Assembly: GCF_036971445.1 (NCBI RefSeq)
Contig: NC_091474.1
Location: forward strand, 32,674,001-32,738,000
From: Narcine bancroftii
Taxonomy: Eukaryota
Direction of reading: 5' to 3'
Length of the DNA stretch: 64,000 bases
Below the pieces are notes generated by a model. The model did no database searches, had not been told where the DNA came from, and worked only from the letters and a program-made list of their open reading frames with translations. The translations under genes and the position numbers were made by a program. The stretch's first letter is position 1. Each line of letters begins with the position of its first letter. Below are positions 63,833 through 64,000 of this stretch, one piece after another.

Positions 63833-64000
63833 GGAAAAGATGGTAGGAAAAGGGATCCGAAGCTGACGAAACAGATAATATATATCTACATTAGACGTAT
63901 GGAGCAGGAAACAGGAAAGGCTCATGAAAATATATGGTAGCCAGGAAGGAGCTTAAGAAAGGACTTAGGAGAGCTCGAAGGAAGCATGAGAAGGCCTTGG
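63833..64000 (+). mobile_element. CR1 ORF2 fragment running off the window
   Basis: RKELKKGLRRARRKHEKAL is typical of the CR1 linker upstream of RT. Confidence 0.7.

Overview
Eukaryotic, AT-rich, repeat-dense vertebrate DNA. The mix of CR1, Rex/Babar, RTE, L1/Tx1 and Penelope retroelements, tRNA-derived SINEs, hAT and Tc1/pogo MITEs and solo LTRs suggests a cartilaginous fish (inference). No intact host gene is visible. The only long ORF (59183-60925) is a 5'-truncated RTE LINE. The main discovery is a disabled, intron-containing, highly divergent GREB1/GREB1L-family gene on the minus strand (~24.5 kb down to 3.6 kb), which the ORF track does not show as a gene. Its decayed exons follow the GREB1 motif order from the N-terminal region to the EWxFR...FxFTG end. 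It appears to carry two copies of the glycosyltransferase-like (TAGT) region and two copies of the extreme C-terminal module, and several of its apparent introns are only 15-41 nt. All GREB1 alignments were made by eye against remembered human GREB1/GREB1L sequence at low identity and need computational confirmation. Other notable items are a perfect 76-bp palindrome at the RTE 5' junction, a twin-primed L1, a SINE with a near-intact tRNA-Thr head, nested insertions and an orphan 165-bp exon-like segment.
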